Source of the DNA: Halopseudomonas xinjiangensis
GTDB taxonomy: Bacteria > Pseudomonadota > Gammaproteobacteria > Pseudomonadales > Pseudomonadaceae
NCBI GenBank assembly: GCA_011050525.1
Contig: DRFO01000015.1
Span: 8,112-72,111 of the forward strand
Direction of reading: 5' to 3'
Length of the DNA: 64,000 nucleotides
A model generated the notes under the pieces. The model saw only the letters and a program-made list of their open reading frames with translations, did not search any database and was not told where the DNA came from. This document shows positions 9,440-23,878 of this stretch, one piece after another; position 1 is the stretch's first letter; each line of letters begins with the position of its first letter. The position numbers and the translations under genes are program-made.

Positions 9440-11359
9440 ATGGGCAAGATAATCGGTATTGACCTGGGAACGACCAACTCCTGCGTGGCCATCATGGAAA
9501 ACGGCGTCGCCAAGGTTATTGAGAATGCTGAGGGTGGTCGTACCACGCCTTCCATTGTGGCCTATACCAACGATGGTGAAACGCTGGTCGGTCAGTCAGC
9601 CAAGCGTCAGTCGGTCACCAATCCGCAAAACACCCTCAACGCGGTGAAGCGCCTTATCGGCCGCCGTTTTGAAGAGGGTGTGGTGCAGAAGGACATCAAA
9701 CTGGTTCCTTACAAGATCATCAAGGCGGACAACGGTGACGCCTGGGTCGAAGTGAAAGGCGAAAAGATGGCGCCTCCGCAGATTTCTGCCGAAGTGCTGA
9801 AGAAGATGAAGAAGACTGCCGAGGATTACCTGGGCGAAGCTGTGACAGAAGCGGTAATTACCGTTCCGGCTTACTTCAATGACAGTCAGCGCCAGGCTAC
9901 CAAAGACGCTGGACGCATCGCCGGTCTGGACGTCAAGCGGATCATCAACGAGCCGACGGCTGCTGCGCTTGCCTACGGTATGGACAAGTCGCGCGGCGAC
10001 TCCACCATCGTGGTGTATGACCTGGGCGGTGGTACCTTCGACATATCCGTCATCGAGATCGCCGAAGTGGACGGTGAGCATCAGTTCGAAGTGCTGGCCA
10101 CCAATGGCGATACCTTCTTGGGTGGCGAAGATTTCGACATGCGTCTGATCGACTATCTGGCTGACGAGTTCAAGAAGGAAAACGGCGTTGATCTGCACAA
10201 TGATCCCCTGGCTCTTCAGCGTCTGAAGGAAGCTGCCGAGAAAGCCAAGATCGAGCTGTCATCGAGCAATCAGACCGACGTCAATCTGCCCTATATCACT
10301 GCTGACGCATCCGGTCCGAAGCACCTGAACGTCAAGGTGACGCGCGCCAAGCTGGAGTCGCTGGTTGAAGAGCTGATCAAGCGCAGCATCGAACCTTGCC
10401 GCGTCGCCATGAAGGATGCCGGTCTGGATGTATCCGAGATCAATGAAGTGATTCTGGTGGGTGGTCAGACCCGTATGCCGCTGGTGCAACGCACTGTGGC
10501 CGAGTTCTTCGGCAAGGAGCCACGCAAGGACGTCAATCCGGATGAGGCGGTTGCGGTCGGCGCGGCTATTCAGGGCGCGGTTCTGGCTGGCGACGTGAAA
10601 GACGTACTGCTGCTCGACGTGTCGCCGCTGTCCCTGGGCATCGAGACCATGGGCGGCGTGATGACCACCCTGATCGAAAAGAACACCACCATTCCGACCA
10701 AGAAGTCGCAGGTGTTCTCGACAGCTGATGACAATCAGACCGCCGTGACCATTCATGTGCTGCAGGGTGAGCGCAAGCAGGCGCAACAGAACAAATCTCT
10801 GGGTCGTTTCGATCTGGCCGACATTCCGCCCGCGCCACGTGGTGTGCCGCAGGTTGAGGTGAGTTTCGATATCGACGCCAACGGCATACTCAACGTGTCA
10901 GCCAAGGACAAGGCGACCGGCAAGCAGCAGTCGATCATCATCAAGGCTTCTTCCGGTCTGTCGGATGAAGAAATCGAGCAGATGGTCCGTGATGCGGAAG
11001 CCAACGTCGAGGAAGATCGCAAGTTTGAGGAGCTGGTGACTACTCGTAACCAGGCCGATCAACTGGTCCATGCGACGCGCAAGACGCTGAAGGAAGCTGG
11101 CGACAAGGCGACTGAAGAAGAGAAAAGCGCGATCGAGTCAGCTCTGGCTGATCTCGAAGTCGCCATCAAGGGCGACGACAAGACTGAAATCGAAGCCAAG
11201 CTGAACGCCTTGTCCGAGGCGTCCGGTCCGCTGGTGCAAAAAATGTATGCCGAGCAGGCTCAGACGGCTCAGGAAGGCGCGGAGCCTGAAGGCGAAAGCA
11301 AGGACGGCTCGGACGATGTGGTTGATGCCGAATTTGAAGAGGTCAAGGACAACAAATAA
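9440..11359 (+). CDS. dnaK: Hsp70 chaperone DnaK
   Basis: 639 aa containing [20 protein letters not shown] and a C-terminal EEVKDNK tail. Confidence 0.98.
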   Translation: MGKIIGIDLGTTNSCVAIMENGVAKVIENAEGGRTTPSIVAYTNDGETLVGQSAKRQSVTNPQNTLNAVKRLIGRRFEEGVVQKDIKLVPYKIIKADNGDAWVEVKGEKMAPPQISAEVLKKMKKTAEDYLGEAVTEAVITVPAYFNDSQRQATKDAGRIAGLDVKRIINEPTAAALAYGMDKSRGDSTIVVYDLGGGTFDISVIEIAEVDGEHQFEVLATNGDTFLGGEDFDMRLIDYLADEFKKENGVDLHNDPLALQRLKEAAEKAKIELSSSNQTDVNLPYITADASGPKHLNVKVTRAKLESLVEELIKRSIEPCRVAMKDAGLDVSEINEVILVGGQTRMPLVQRTVAEFFGKEPRKDVNPDEAVAVGAAIQGAVLAGDVKDVLLLDVSPLSLGIETMGGVMTTLIEKNTTIPTKKSQVFSTADDNQTAVTIHVLQGERKQAQQNKSLGRFDLADIPPAPRGVPQVEVSFDIDANGILNVSAKDKATGKQQSIIIKASSGLSDEEIEQMVRDAEANVEEDRKFEELVTTRNQADQLVHATRKTLKEAGDKATEEEKSAIESALADLEVAIKGDDKTEIEAKLNALSEASGPLVQKMYAEQAQTAQEGAEPEGESKDGSDDVVDAEFEEVKDNK

Positions 11360-11391
11360 GTCCTTGGAGGAACGGGCAACCACTGGGTGCA

Positions 11392-11420
11392 GGCAACGCG
11401 GGAGCTATTCCCGCGTTGCC
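11392..11420 (+). terminator. 12-bp GC-rich hairpin between dnaK and dnaJ, a possible partial terminator or attenuator
   Basis: GGCAACGCGGGA (11392-11403), GCTAT loop, TCCCGCGTTGCC (11409-11420), then GTTTGTG. Confidence 0.5.
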
Positions 11421-11458
11421 GTTTGTGCCAGAGCTCTTTTGTGAAGGAAGTCTAGACG

Positions 11459-13422
<1,964 letters not shown>

Positions 13423-13433
13423 CGCGAGCATAG

Positions 13434-13469
13434 AAAAGCCGGCGACGTTAAGCGTAGCCGGCTTTTTTG
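13434..13469. terminator. Bidirectional intrinsic terminator between dapB and the convergent gene
   Basis: AAAAGCCGGC, a loop, then GCCGGCTTTTTT. The stems are GCCGGC at 13438-13443 and 13457-13462. Confidence 0.8.
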
Positions 13470-13480
13470 TGGGTTTCGTT

Positions 13481-14239
13481 TCAGGATGCGTTGCGAACCT
13501 GTTCCCGGGAGAGATTGTCGAGCGTGTCGGTGTTACGCAGTAGGTAAAAGGCGGCAATCGTCGGAACCCAGTCCGAGCGGTGATTCAGCAATCGTGGCTT
13601 GATGAAATTGTATTGCTGATCAAGCTGGTTGAGCGTCTCTGTCATATCGGGGAACAGCGTGCGTAGCTCGGCTGAGCGCTCGGTGATCCGCGTATTCATC
13701 TGATCGAACATCCCCTCGTTGGTCTCCACGAAAAATACACCTATCGAGCTGAACATGCTGTTCTGGTACAGCAGTAGAATTTGGTTGATATCCAGGCTCT
13801 GCTGGTGCAGCGTCAGCAATTTCTCCGGCGCGCCTTCAGCCAGGGGTTCGTACGCCGCTGCTGCAGCTTTATCGGCCACGGCATGCGCCATCATTATCTG
13901 GTTCACCGTCGCGAGGTTATAATGCGCTTCTTCAGCAGGCTGACCCTCCAGTCGGCGAATCAGTCCGAGGAATTCATCATACGAGCTGCGCAGCTCGGTG
14001 GGATTGCCCATCTTCCTGAGCAACTGATCCATGTTGTCCAGAGCGGTATTGTATGCCTCGCGATTACCCGGCTCGCGGACTCTTTCGAATAGATTATTAT
14101 CAATCAGCAGATAGGTGCCGGCCAGGTAGCCTTCGCTGCGGTACTCGTGAATGTCCTGCAGGCGCTGGAGATCAGCATGAGCGAAGGGCGCCAGGCACAA
14201 AAGTGCCAGCACAAGAAAGCGTTTCAGGTGCGATGCCAT
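13481..14239 (-). CDS. Hypothetical secreted, predominantly helical protein
   Basis: 252 aa with a signal peptide (MASHLKRFLVLALLCLAPFAHA). I recognise no family motif. Confidence 0.6.
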   Translation of the reverse strand: MASHLKRFLVLALLCLAPFAHADLQRLQDIHEYRSEGYLAGTYLLIDNNLFERVREPGNREAYNTALDNMDQLLRKMGNPTELRSSYDEFLGLIRRLEGQPAEEAHYNLATVNQIMMAHAVADKAAAAAYEPLAEGAPEKLLTLHQQSLDINQILLLYQNSMFSSIGVFFVETNEGMFDQMNTRITERSAELRTLFPDMTETLNQLDQQYNFIKPRLLNHRSDWVPTIAAFYLLRNTDTLDNLSREQVRNAS

Positions 14240-14573
14240 CGTGTTGTCCTCGAGTCCCTTTTTTTGTTGTTACACAGCTCAAGACGCGAATCCATCGTCT
14301 CAGCGGCTGGGCTGTATCCGTCGCTGCTGTTTTAACACAGTTGCCGCCTCATATGAAAGATATTGGTCATGACGTTATCCTTCGTCGCCGTCATTGGAGT
14401 GACCGTTCGTGGTGGATATTTTTCGACCATTCCATTAGAATGCCGCGCTAATCTGTCTATCCAGCGCGCATCTGACAATGCCCTTAGTAGTGGGATGAAG
14501 TGTTCCAGCACCTCATTCCCGCTTTTGTGCAGCCCGCGTTTAGTAAAACGTGTCAGCTCTATCGGAGGTTTTC

Positions 14574-15710
14574 TTGTCCACGCCAGCCATTCTCGCTCTT
14601 GCCGACGGTAGCATTTTTCGCGGTGACTCTATCGGGGCCGACGGCCAAACAGTCGGCGAGGTCGTTTTCAATACGGCCATGACCGGGTATCAGGAGATAC
14701 TGACCGACCCGTCCTATGCGCGCCAGATCGTCACGCTCACCTATCCGCATATTGGTAATACTGGAACCGTGGCGGACGACAGCGAGTCCTTTCAGGTCTG
14801 GGCGGCCGGTCTGGTCATTCGTGACCTCCCGTTGATGGCAAGCAACTGGCGTAGCACGCAGTCGTTGCCAGACTATTTGAAGACGAATAACACTGTGGCC
14901 ATCGCGGGTATCGATACCCGCCGTCTCACGCGTATCCTTCGAGAAAAAGGTGCCCAGAACGGCTGCATCCTGTCGGGTCCGGACGCCACTGAAGACAAGG
15001 CTCTAGCGCTAGCTCGAGAGTTTCCGGGACTTAAAGGGATGGACCTGGCCAAGGAAGTCAGCGTCAAGGAGCGTTACGAATGGCGTTCCAGCGTGTGGTG
15101 CCTTGATACCAATCGTCACGAGGAAATCCCCGCCAGCGAACTGCCTTATCATGTCGTAACCTTCGACTACGGCATCAAATACAACATTCTGCGTATGCTC
15201 GTGGCGCGGGGTTGCCGAGTCACTGTGCTACCTGCCCAGTCCCCTGCAAGCGATGCGTTGGCGTTGAATCCTGACGGTATATTGCTGGCCAACGGTCCGG
15301 GTGATCCGGAGCCCTGTGACTATGCCATCAAGGCGATTCAGGACATCCTCGAAACCGATACGCCTGTTTTTGGTATCTGCCTGGGCCACCAATTGCTGGC
15401 ACTGGCTTCTGGTGCGCGCACGGTGAAGATGCCTAACGGCCATCATGGGGCGAACCATCCCGTCGTAGACGTGAAAACCGGCACAGTCATGATCACCAGT
15501 CAGAATCATGGCTTTGCTGTGGACGAGGCCACTCTGCCGTCCAATCTGCGGGCTACGCACAAATCGCTGTTCGATGGCACCCTTCAGGGCGTGGAGCGTA
15601 CCGACAGGAACGCCTTCAGTTTTCAGGGTCACCCTGAAGCAAGCCCTGGGCCGCATGACGTGGCGCCGTTGTTCGACCGTTTCATCGAGGCCATGGCCAA
15701 GCGCCGCTGA
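14574..15710 (+). CDS. carA: Carbamoyl-phosphate synthase small (glutaminase) subunit
   Basis: The track ORF starts with GTG at 14550. The in-frame TTG at 14574 sits 5 nt after GGAGG (14564-14568) and gives (M)[16 protein letters not shown]. The GATase motif GICLGHQ is present. Confidence 0.95.
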   Translation: MSTPAILALADGSIFRGDSIGADGQTVGEVVFNTAMTGYQEILTDPSYARQIVTLTYPHIGNTGTVADDSESFQVWAAGLVIRDLPLMASNWRSTQSLPDYLKTNNTVAIAGIDTRRLTRILREKGAQNGCILSGPDATEDKALALAREFPGLKGMDLAKEVSVKERYEWRSSVWCLDTNRHEEIPASELPYHVVTFDYGIKYNILRMLVARGCRVTVLPAQSPASDALALNPDGILLANGPGDPEPCDYAIKAIQDILETDTPVFGICLGHQLLALASGARTVKMPNGHHGANHPVVDVKTGTVMITSQNHGFAVDEATLPSNLRATHKSLFDGTLQGVERTDRNAFSFQGHPEASPGPHDVAPLFDRFIEAMAKRR

Positions 15711-15734
15711 GCTCCCAAGGATTATTAGACGACT

Positions 15735-18700
15735 ATGCCAAAACGTACTGATATTAAAAGTATTCTGATTCTCGGCGCCGGTCCTATCGTCATCGGGCAG
15801 GCTTGTGAATTTGACTATTCGGGCGCACAAGCCTGCAAGGCTCTGAAGGAAGAAGGCTTCCGGGTGATTCTGGTTAACTCCAACCCGGCCACCATCATGA
15901 CCGACCCGTCCATGGCCGATGCGACTTATATCGAGCCGATCAAATGGCAGACGGTGGAAAAGATCATAGCCAAAGAGCGGCCAGACGCCGTCTTGCCTAC
16001 CATGGGCGGGCAGACTGCATTGAATTGCGCGCTGGATCTGGAAAAGCACGGCGTGCTGGAAAAATACAATGTCGAGATGATCGGGGCCAATGCCGACACC
16101 ATCGACAAGGCTGAAGACCGCTCACGCTTCGACAAGGCGATGAAATCCATCGGCCTGGATTGTCCGCGTTCAGGTATCGCCCATAATATGCAGGAAGCGT
16201 ACGGCGTTCTGGATCAGGTCGGTTTTCCCTGCATCATCCGCCCGTCTTTCACTATGGGCGGTACCGGCGGCGGTATTGCTTACAACCGCGAAGAATTCGA
16301 AGAGATCTGCAACCGGGGACTGGATCTGTCGCCGACCAAGGAGCTGCTGATCGATGAATCGCTGATCGGCTGGAAAGAATTCGAGATGGAAGTGGTCCGC
16401 GACAAGAAGGACAACTGCATCATCGTATGCGCCATTGAAAACTTCGATCCGATGGGCGTACACACCGGCGATTCGATAACCGTGGCGCCAGCGCAGACAT
16501 TGACCGACAAGGAATACCAGATCATGCGTAACGCCTCGTTGGCGGTGCTGCGTGAGATAGGCGTAGAAACCGGTGGCTCCAACGTCCAGTTCGGTATCAA
16601 TCCGGTCGATGGTCGCATGGTAGTGATTGAAATGAATCCGCGGGTCTCGCGTTCCTCCGCCCTGGCTTCCAAGGCGACCGGCTTTCCAATCGCCAAAATT
16701 GCCGCCAAGCTCGCCGTGGGTTATACCCTGGATGAGCTGCAAAACGACATCACCGGCGGACGTACACCAGCATCCTTCGAGCCGTCGATCGATTACGTAG
16801 TGACCAAGATTCCACGTTTTGCCTTCGAAAAATTTCCCAACGCGGATGCCCGTCTGACGACGCAGATGAAGTCGGTTGGCGAAGTGATGGCTATCGGTCG
16901 AACCTTTCAAGAATCGCTGCAGAAAGCCCTGCGCGGTCTTGAAGTGGGCGTTTCCGGCCTGGATCCCAAGGTCGATCTGAAGAGCACCAGTGCGCAGACT
17001 GACCTGGTGCGTGAGCTGACCGTGCCAGGTGACGAGCGTATCTGGTACATAGGTGATGCCTTCCGCTCCGGTATGAGCAGGGAGCAGATTTTTGATCTGA
17101 CCCGGGTCGATCCGTGGTTTCTGGTGCAGATTGAAGATCTGATCAAGGAAGAGGAGCGGATCAAGACCCTGGGGCTAGCCGACTTCGACCACGCCCTGAT
17201 GTACCGTCTCAAGCGCAAGGGATTTTCCGATATACGCCTGGCTGATTTGCTTGCCGTAAGCGAGAAGAGCTTGCGCCGCCACCGCCACAAACTGGGTGTG
17301 TATCCGGTCTACAAGCGGGTGGATACCTGCGCGGCAGAATTTGGCACTGACACGGCCTATATGTATTCGACGTACGAGGAAGAGTGCGAGGCCAATCCAT
17401 CTGATCGCGACAAGATCATGGTGCTGGGCGGCGGCCCGAACCGGATCGGTCAGGGCATCGAATTCGATTACTGCTGTGTGCACGCAGCGCTGGCGATGCG
17501 CGAAGATGGTTACGAGACCATTATGGTCAACTGTAATCCTGAAACGGTCTCCACTGATTACGACACCTCTGATCGCCTGTATTTCGAACCCGTTACGCTG
17601 GAAGATGTACTGGAAATCGTTCGGGTGGAGAAGCCGAAGGGTGTGATCGTCCAGTACGGCGGCCAGACCCCGCTGAAACTGGCCCGTGCCTTGGAAGAAG
17701 CGGGTGTGCCGATCATTGGCACCAGCCCGGAAGCCATTGACCGCGCCGAGGACCGTGAGCGCTTTCAGCAGATGGTGGAACGCCTGAATCTGTTGCAGCC
17801 GCCGAACGCGACGGTGAGAAGCGAAGACGAAGCCATTCGTGCCGCCAATAAAATCGGCTACCCGCTGGTTGTGCGTCCATCCTATGTGCTCGGCGGCCGG
17901 GCAATGGAAATCGTTTATCAGGAAGACGAGCTCAAGCGTTATCTGCGTGACGCGGTGAAGGTATCCAATGACAGCCCGGTATTGCTGGATCACTTCCTGA
18001 ACTGCGCCATTGAGGTAGACGTCGATGCGGTCTCCGATGGTACTGATGTGGTCATCGGCGCCATCATGCAGCATATCGAGCAAGCCGGGGTTCATTCCGG
18101 CGACTCGGCCTGCTCGCTGCCTCCGTACTCCCTGCCTGCCCACATCCAGGATGAGATGCGCGAGCAGGTCAAGAAGATGGCGCTGGAGCTTGGCGTGGTC
18201 GGCTTGATGAATGTGCAGCTGGCACTGCAGGGCGAGCGCATCTACGTGATTGAAGTCAATCCGCGCGCTTCACGGACGGTGCCGTTTGTGTCCAAGTGCA
18301 TCGGCCAGTCGCTGGCCAAAATCGCTGCACGGGTGATGGCTGGCAAGACGCTCAAGGAAATAGGATTTACCAAGGAAGTGGTGCCTCCTTATTTTAGCGT
18401 CAAGGAAGCGGTGTTCCCCTTTGCCAAGTTCCCAGGCGTTGACCCGATCCTTGGGCCAGAGATGAAATCCACAGGCGAAGTCATGGGCGTAGGTGACAGT
18501 TTTGCCGAGGCCTTTGCCAAATCACAGATCGGCGCCGGTGAAGTGCTGCCCAAAGGCGGAAATGTTTTTCTCAGCGTTCGTGAGGATGACAAACCCTTCG
18601 TTGCCGACGTGGCGCGGGAGCTTATCGAGCTGGGTTTTGATGTGGTCGCAACCAGCGGCACCGCGAAGGTAATCGAGGCAGCCGGGCTCAAGGTACGTCG

Positions 18701-18950
18701 GGTAAACAAAGTCACCGAAGGGCGTCCGCATATTGTTGACATGATCAAGAACGAAGAGATCAGGCTGGTAATCAATACCACCGAAGGCCGTCAATCGATT
18801 GCGGATTCGTATTCCATACGTCGCAATGCGCTACAGCACAAGGTCTATTCCACCACCACGCTGGCGGGTGGCCAGGCAATCTGTATGGCATTGAAATTCG
18901 GTCCTGAGCGAGCGGTGCGTCGTCTTCAGGATTTGCATGCGGGGATCTGA
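15735..18950 (+). CDS. carB: Carbamoyl-phosphate synthase large subunit
   Basis: 1071 aa with duplicated ATP-grasp halves and the N-terminus [30 protein letters not shown]. Confidence 0.98.
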   Translation: MPKRTDIKSILILGAGPIVIGQACEFDYSGAQACKALKEEGFRVILVNSNPATIMTDPSMADATYIEPIKWQTVEKIIAKERPDAVLPTMGGQTALNCALDLEKHGVLEKYNVEMIGANADTIDKAEDRSRFDKAMKSIGLDCPRSGIAHNMQEAYGVLDQVGFPCIIRPSFTMGGTGGGIAYNREEFEEICNRGLDLSPTKELLIDESLIGWKEFEMEVVRDKKDNCIIVCAIENFDPMGVHTGDSITVAPAQTLTDKEYQIMRNASLAVLREIGVETGGSNVQFGINPVDGRMVVIEMNPRVSRSSALASKATGFPIAKIAAKLAVGYTLDELQNDITGGRTPASFEPSIDYVVTKIPRFAFEKFPNADARLTTQMKSVGEVMAIGRTFQESLQKALRGLEVGVSGLDPKVDLKSTSAQTDLVRELTVPGDERIWYIGDAFRSGMSREQIFDLTRVDPWFLVQIEDLIKEEERIKTLGLADFDHALMYRLKRKGFSDIRLADLLAVSEKSLRRHRHKLGVYPVYKRVDTCAAEFGTDTAYMYSTYEEECEANPSDRDKIMVLGGGPNRIGQGIEFDYCCVHAALAMREDGYETIMVNCNPETVSTDYDTSDRLYFEPVTLEDVLEIVRVEKPKGVIVQYGGQTPLKLARALEEAGVPIIGTSPEAIDRAEDRERFQQMVERLNLLQPPNATVRSEDEAIRAANKIGYPLVVRPSYVLGGRAMEIVYQEDELKRYLRDAVKVSNDSPVLLDHFLNCAIEVDVDAVSDGTDVVIGAIMQHIEQAGVHSGDSACSLPPYSLPAHIQDEMREQVKKMALELGVVGLMNVQLALQGERIYVIEVNPRASRTVPFVSKCIGQSLAKIAARVMAGKTLKEIGFTKEVVPPYFSVKEAVFPFAKFPGVDPILGPEMKSTGEVMGVGDSFAEAFAKSQIGAGEVLPKGGNVFLSVREDDKPFVADVARELIELGFDVVATSGTAKVIEAAGLKVRRVNKVTEGRPHIVDMIKNEEIRLVINTTEGRQSIADSYSIRRNALQHKVYSTTTLAGGQAICMALKFGPERAVRRLQDLHAGI

Positions 18951-18953
18951 ATC

Positions 18954-19427
18954 ATGAAATACCCAATGACGAAGCAGGGCGCTGAAGCCCTCGAAACTGA
19001 ATTGAAACACCTCAAGTCGGTCATGCGTCCGCAAATCACCCAGGCGATTGCCGAGGCGCGGGAGCTGGGTGATCTGAAAGAAAACGCCGAGTATCACGCT
19101 GCCCGGGAGCAGCAAGGGATGGTTGAGGCGCGAATCAGAGACATCGAAGGCCGGTTGTCCAACGCCCAGGTGATCGATGTAACGGCCATTGCTCATACAG
19201 GCAAGGTGTTCTTCGGCACTACTGTGGAGATCGCCAATGTGGATACAGACGAGGCTGTCGTTTACCAGATCGTTGGCGAGGATGAGGCGGAGATAAAAGA
19301 AGGTAAAATCTCTGTCAGCTCACCTATAGCGCGCGCCCTTATTGGCAAGGAAGAGGGCGACGTGGTTCCAGTGAGAACGCCTGGTGGCGTAGTAGAGTAC
19401 GAAATAATAGAGGTGCGTCACCAGTGA
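18954..19427 (+). CDS. greA: Transcription elongation factor GreA
   Basis: 157 aa containing [14 protein letters not shown]; the size is typical for GreA. Confidence 0.95.
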   Translation: MKYPMTKQGAEALETELKHLKSVMRPQITQAIAEARELGDLKENAEYHAAREQQGMVEARIRDIEGRLSNAQVIDVTAIAHTGKVFFGTTVEIANVDTDEAVVYQIVGEDEAEIKEGKISVSSPIARALIGKEEGDVVPVRTPGGVVEYEIIEVRHQ

Positions 19428-19855
19428 GTAGTTCGGCTGCTGTGCCAGCATTGCGCAGTGGCCGGGTGGCCTGGCAACTGACGTCGACCTTGTGGGTGGG
19501 TGGTGTCTGGATGTTGCACTTTGTGCTGCTACCGGCGCTTGAGCGCTTCGGGTTGGCGCAGTTGTTGATAGACGATATAGCCGGGTTCATGCGTCCATTG
19601 ATGGCAGCATTTGCTGCCGTATGTGCGTTGCTTCAGATAGTTATCGTCTGGGCGGCAGTGGGCACACGGTGGTGGCGAGATCTACGGGGTCAATTGTTGG
19701 TGGTGGTTTTGGTCGCGGCAGGCGCTTTCTTTGCTTTGGCCTGGCTATCAGAGGGTGAGCAGACGCCATACTGGCAGGTTTTCTGTTATCTGGTGCTGGC
19801 TTTCGCCGGGCTGGGGCTGGTACTTCAGCCGCGCCCGGACGAAGCCGGGCGCTAG
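19424..19855 (+). CDS. Integral membrane protein, DUF4149-like from memory of Pseudomonas synteny
   Basis: 143 aa with four hydrophobic segments. Its GTG start overlaps the greA stop (GTGA). Confidence 0.6.
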   Translation: MSSSAAVPALRSGRVAWQLTSTLWVGGVWMLHFVLLPALERFGLAQLLIDDIAGFMRPLMAAFAAVCALLQIVIVWAAVGTRWWRDLRGQLLVVVLVAAGAFFALAWLSEGEQTPYWQVFCYLVLAFAGLGLVLQPRPDEAGR

Positions 19856-19858
19856 GCG

Positions 19859-20173
19859 CTACTGATCTTTGAAGCGTACCAGGTTGGATAGCTGGGGGTT
19901 GGGCTTCTTGGTCCGGCGCACCAGGATCGCCATCTTGCCAATAACCTGCACCAATTCTGCTCCGCTAGCCCTGCATAGTTCCTCGATCAGGGCTTGTTTG
20001 GCTTCGCGGTCAGCAACGCTGAGTCGAATTTTAATCAGTTCATGGTCGTTCAGTGCGCGGTCCAACTCTGCCATGACGCCTTCGCTGGCCCCCTGTTCGC
20101 TGACCATGACCACGGGTTTCAAGTGGTGACCAATACGTTTGTAGACTTTCTTCTGTTCGGAGCTAAGCGCCAT
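19859..20173 (-). CDS. yhbY: Ribosome assembly RNA-binding protein YhbY (CRM domain)
   Basis: 104 aa containing KIRLSVADREAKQALIEELC; divergent from rlmE. Confidence 0.9.
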   Translation of the reverse strand: MALSSEQKKVYKRIGHHLKPVVMVSEQGASEGVMAELDRALNDHELIKIRLSVADREAKQALIEELCRASGAELVQVIGKMAILVRRTKKPNPQLSNLVRFKDQ

Positions 20174-20261
20174 AATGATTTGTGTAGTTCCAATTCGATG
20201 AATGTTTGCTTGCTAGAGCATTAGTTTAACCGGCGGCGCGTTCCGCTGCACGAGGTATTCC

Positions 20262-20891
20262 GTGGCACGATCCAAGACCAGCAAGGGCTGGCTGAAAGAA
20301 CATTTTGACGATCCCTATGTCAAGCTGGCCCAGAAAGACGGCTATCGCTCCCGTGCCAGCTATAAGTTGCTGGAAATTCAGGAGAAGGACCGACTGCTCA
20401 AGCCTGGGATGACCGTTCTGGACCTGGGCTCTGCTCCGGGTGGCTGGTCGCAGGTGGCGAGTCGGCTGATCGGAGAGAAGGGCAGAATCATCGCGTCCGA
20501 TATTTTGCCGATGGACAGCATTGCCGACGTGACGTTCATCGAAGGTGACTTCACCGAAGACAAAGTCTTCGAAGCCATCCTCGCCGCGATAGGAGATCAG
20601 CAGGTAGACCTTGTTATTTCCGACATGGCCCCCAATATGAGTGGTACACCGGAGGTAGATCAGCCCCGAGCAATGTATCTATGTGAGCTCGCGCTGGATA
20701 TGGCGGCCAACGTGCTGCGTCCGGGTGGAGATTTTCTGATCAAGGTTTTTCATGGTGAAGGATTCGATGAGTACTTCCGACAGATTCGCGGTCAGTTCGA
20801 CAAATTGGTAACAAGAAAACCGGGCGCTTCGCGTGATCGGTCCCGGGAGACCTACCTGTTGGCCAAGGGCTATAAGGGCAGAGCGGACTAG
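20262..20891 (+). CDS. rlmE: 23S rRNA (U2552-2'-O)-methyltransferase RlmE/FtsJ
   Basis: 209 aa containing [23 protein letters not shown] and DMAPNMSG. Confidence 0.95.
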   Translation: MARSKTSKGWLKEHFDDPYVKLAQKDGYRSRASYKLLEIQEKDRLLKPGMTVLDLGSAPGGWSQVASRLIGEKGRIIASDILPMDSIADVTFIEGDFTEDKVFEAILAAIGDQQVDLVISDMAPNMSGTPEVDQPRAMYLCELALDMAANVLRPGGDFLIKVFHGEGFDEYFRQIRGQFDKLVTRKPGASRDRSRETYLLAKGYKGRAD

Positions 20892-21025
20892 GGATGCGAC
20901 ACAGCGCGTTACACAGCCGAAACTGCCGTGGTAGTTGAAACTGGTGTAAGGTAAGCGTGTCACACGTATACGAAGATTTCAGTCAGGCTTGGCCACCCAT
21001 TGTGGCGGAGCAAGAGGATAGCGAT

Positions 21026-22990
21026 TTGAACGATATGGCGAAGAACCTCATTCTGTGGTTGATCATTGCCGCTGTGCTGGTAACAGTAATGAATAACTTC
21101 AGCACACCGGCAGAAACCAATACGCTTAATTACACTCAGTTTCTCGAGCTCGTCAGAGATCGACAGATTGAGCGAGTAACGGTGGATGGGTACGAGATCG
21201 AAGGCCGTCGCCGGGATGGCGGAACCTTTACCACCATACGTCCGGCTATCCAGGATAACGGGCTGATCGGAGATCTGCTCGAGAATGATGTGGTGATTGA
21301 GGGCAAGCAACCAGAGCAGCAAAGCATCTGGACTCAACTGTTGATTGCCAGTTTCCCGATTCTGATCATCATCGCCATATTCATGTTCTTCATGCGACAG
21401 ATGCAGGGCGGAGCGGGGGGGCGCGGTGGCCCGATGAGCTTTGGCAAGAGCAAGGCTCGCATGCTGACCGAAGATCAGGTCAAGACAACCTTTGCCGATG
21501 TCGCAGGCTGCGACGAGGCGAAGGAAGAGGTCAGCGAGCTGGTAGAGTTTCTCCGCGATCCAGGCAAATTTCAGCGCCTGGGTGGTCATATCCCCCGCGG
21601 CGTACTCATGGTCGGCCAACCGGGTACGGGTAAGACTCTGCTGGCCAAGGCTGTGGCAGGCGAAGCAAAAGTTCCGTTCTTTACCATTTCAGGCTCCGAC
21701 TTCGTCGAGATGTTTGTAGGTGTCGGTGCGAGCCGCGTACGCGACATGTTTGAGCAGGCCAAGAAACACGCCCCCTGCATCATCTTCATCGACGAAATTG
21801 ACGCCGTCGGGCGCCATCGTGGCGGCGGAATGGGTGGTGGTCATGACGAGCGTGAGCAAACCCTGAACCAGCTGCTGGTAGAGATGGACGGGTTCGAGGC
21901 TAACGACGGCATCATCGTGGTCGCCGCGACCAACCGCCCAGACGTACTGGACCCGGCGCTTATGCGTCCTGGCCGCTTTGACCGTCAGGTTGTGGTTGGT
22001 CTGCCCGATATTCGGGGCAGGGAGCAGATCCTCAAGGTACATATGCGCAAGGTTCCGCTCGGTGATGACGTGGTGCCAGCCAATATCGCCCGTGGCACGC
22101 CCGGTTTTTCGGGTGCCGACCTTGCCAACCTGGTGAACGAGGCTTCGTTGTTCGCCGCCCGTGCCGGCAAGCGTCTGGTTGAAATGGTCGAATTCGAAAT
22201 GGCCAAGGACAAGATCATGATGGGCGCCGAGCGCAAATCGATGGTCATGTCGGACAAGGAAAAGCTGAATACGGCTTACCACGAATCCGGGCACGCCATC
22301 GTCGGACGCCTGGTTCCTGAGCATGACCCTGTCTACAAGGTATCCATCATTCCCCGCGGACGGGCTCTGGGCGTAACCATGTTCTTGCCTGAAGAGGATC
22401 GCTACAGCCTGTCTAAGCGTGCGTTGATCAGCCAGATTTGTTCATTATTTGGTGGCCGCATCGCCGAAGAAATGACGCTGGGATTTGAAGGGGTGACCAC
22501 TGGCGCCTCGAACGACATCATGCGCGCCACCCAGTTGGCCAAGAACATGGTGACCAAGTGGGGGCTGTCCGAAAAACTCGGGCCGCTCATGTATGGTGAA
22601 GACGAGAACGAAAGTTATTTGGGCCGTATGGGTGGAGGCCAGGGCGCTTCCGGCGTTTCAGGTGAGACGGCTAAACTGATCGATCAGGAAGTGCGCCGCA
22701 TTATCGATGAATGTTACGCCACGGCCAGACGGCTGCTGGAAGAAAACCGCGGCAAGCTAGATCTGATGGCCGAGGCGCTGATGAAATACGAGACTATTGA
22801 TGCGGAACAGATCAATGACATCATGACCGGCCTGCCAGCCCGCGAGCCAAAAGGGTGGCAAGGCGGCGATGATCGGCAAGGCCCGGGTGCTGCTGCGGCT
22901 GATGCGCCGGACGCGCCGGCAGACAAGCCTTCCGATGCTGAAAAGCCCAAGGATGGTGGCGTGATTGGCGGGCCTGCGGGCGAACACTGA
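21026..22990 (+). CDS. ftsH: ATP-dependent zinc metalloprotease FtsH
   Basis: The track ORF starts at 20957. The TTG at 21026 lies 7 nt after GAGGA and gives (M)[14 protein letters not shown]; the ATG at 21035 is an alternative start. Walker A (GQPGTGKT) and the Zn site (HESGHA) are present. Confidence 0.95.
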   Translation: MNDMAKNLILWLIIAAVLVTVMNNFSTPAETNTLNYTQFLELVRDRQIERVTVDGYEIEGRRRDGGTFTTIRPAIQDNGLIGDLLENDVVIEGKQPEQQSIWTQLLIASFPILIIIAIFMFFMRQMQGGAGGRGGPMSFGKSKARMLTEDQVKTTFADVAGCDEAKEEVSELVEFLRDPGKFQRLGGHIPRGVLMVGQPGTGKTLLAKAVAGEAKVPFFTISGSDFVEMFVGVGASRVRDMFEQAKKHAPCIIFIDEIDAVGRHRGGGMGGGHDEREQTLNQLLVEMDGFEANDGIIVVAATNRPDVLDPALMRPGRFDRQVVVGLPDIRGREQILKVHMRKVPLGDDVVPANIARGTPGFSGADLANLVNEASLFAARAGKRLVEMVEFEMAKDKIMMGAERKSMVMSDKEKLNTAYHESGHAIVGRLVPEHDPVYKVSIIPRGRALGVTMFLPEEDRYSLSKRALISQICSLFGGRIAEEMTLGFEGVTTGASNDIMRATQLAKNMVTKWGLSEKLGPLMYGEDENESYLGRMGGGQGASGVSGETAKLIDQEVRRIIDECYATARRLLEENRGKLDLMAEALMKYETIDAEQINDIMTGLPAREPKGWQGGDDRQGPGAAAADAPDAPADKPSDAEKPKDGGVIGGPAGEH

Positions 22991-22996
22991 TCGTTC

Positions 22997-23848
22997 ATGA
23001 TTACATCTGCTGAGTGCTCCCGATTGCCTTGTGGTGATCGGGAGCTTGACCTCACCCGTGCCCATGTAATGGGCATTCTCAACGTCACCCCCGATTCCTT
23101 TTCTGACGGCGGCTTATACTCCCGGCTCGACTCGGCGCTAATTCGTGTAGAAAAAATGCTCGAAGCGGGCGCTACGCTGATTGACGTGGGTGGAGAATCG
23201 ACCAGGCCAGGTGCAGCGGTGGTCAGTGTTCAACAGGAGCTTGAGCGGGTTGTGCCTGTGGTCGAGGCAATCAAGTCACGCTTCGATACCGTTGTTTCTG
23301 TAGATACCAGTACCCCGGAAGTCATTACCGCCTCGGCGGCGGTGGGCGCTGGGATGATCAACGATATACGTGCCCTTCGTCGTCCTGGTGCGTTGCTCGC
23401 CGCAGCCAAAACGGACCTTCCGGTGTGCCTGATGCATATGCAGGGAGAGCCCCAGACTATGCAGAAGGCACCCGCTTACGCTTCGATTGTTCATGAAGTT
23501 AACGCCTTTCTTGACGAGCGAGTGCGTAGCTGCGAGGCCGCAGGAATCCCCCGGAATCGATTAATCCTGGATCCCGGCTTCGGATTCGGCAAGACGCTTG
23601 AACACAACCTGCATTTGTTTGCCCACTTTGATGAGCTACAACCACGGGGATTGCCTATTCTGATAGGCGTATCGCGCAAGAGCATGATTGGCCTTGCACT
23701 CGGGCGACCTGTGGAAAAGCGGCTGCATGGCGGCGTCGCGTTGGCCGCGATAGCGGTTATGAAAGGCGCACGCATTTTGCGGGTGCACGATGTGGAAGAG
23801 ACGGTGGATGCGGTTCGCATGGTAGAGGCAGTGCTCGCCGCAACGTGA
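22997..23848 (+). CDS. folP: Dihydropteroate synthase
   Basis: 283 aa containing MGILNVTPDSFSDGG and DVGGESTRPGA. Confidence 0.95.
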   Translation: MITSAECSRLPCGDRELDLTRAHVMGILNVTPDSFSDGGLYSRLDSALIRVEKMLEAGATLIDVGGESTRPGAAVVSVQQELERVVPVVEAIKSRFDTVVSVDTSTPEVITASAAVGAGMINDIRALRRPGALLAAAKTDLPVCLMHMQGEPQTMQKAPAYASIVHEVNAFLDERVRSCEAAGIPRNRLILDPGFGFGKTLEHNLHLFAHFDELQPRGLPILIGVSRKSMIGLALGRPVEKRLHGGVALAAIAVMKGARILRVHDVEETVDAVRMVEAVLAAT

Positions 23849-23878
23849 TGACTATAATATCGATTTGAAGGATTGTTC

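Noticed and set aside
15228-18143. Long antisense ORFs inside carB (273 aa, 246 aa, 322 aa). The same pattern is seen inside nusA (486 aa) and pnp (315 aa).
   Set aside because: These are typical stop-poor antisense frames of GC-rich highly expressed genes. They have no ribosome-binding sites or recognisable motifs and are fully nested in strongly supported genes.
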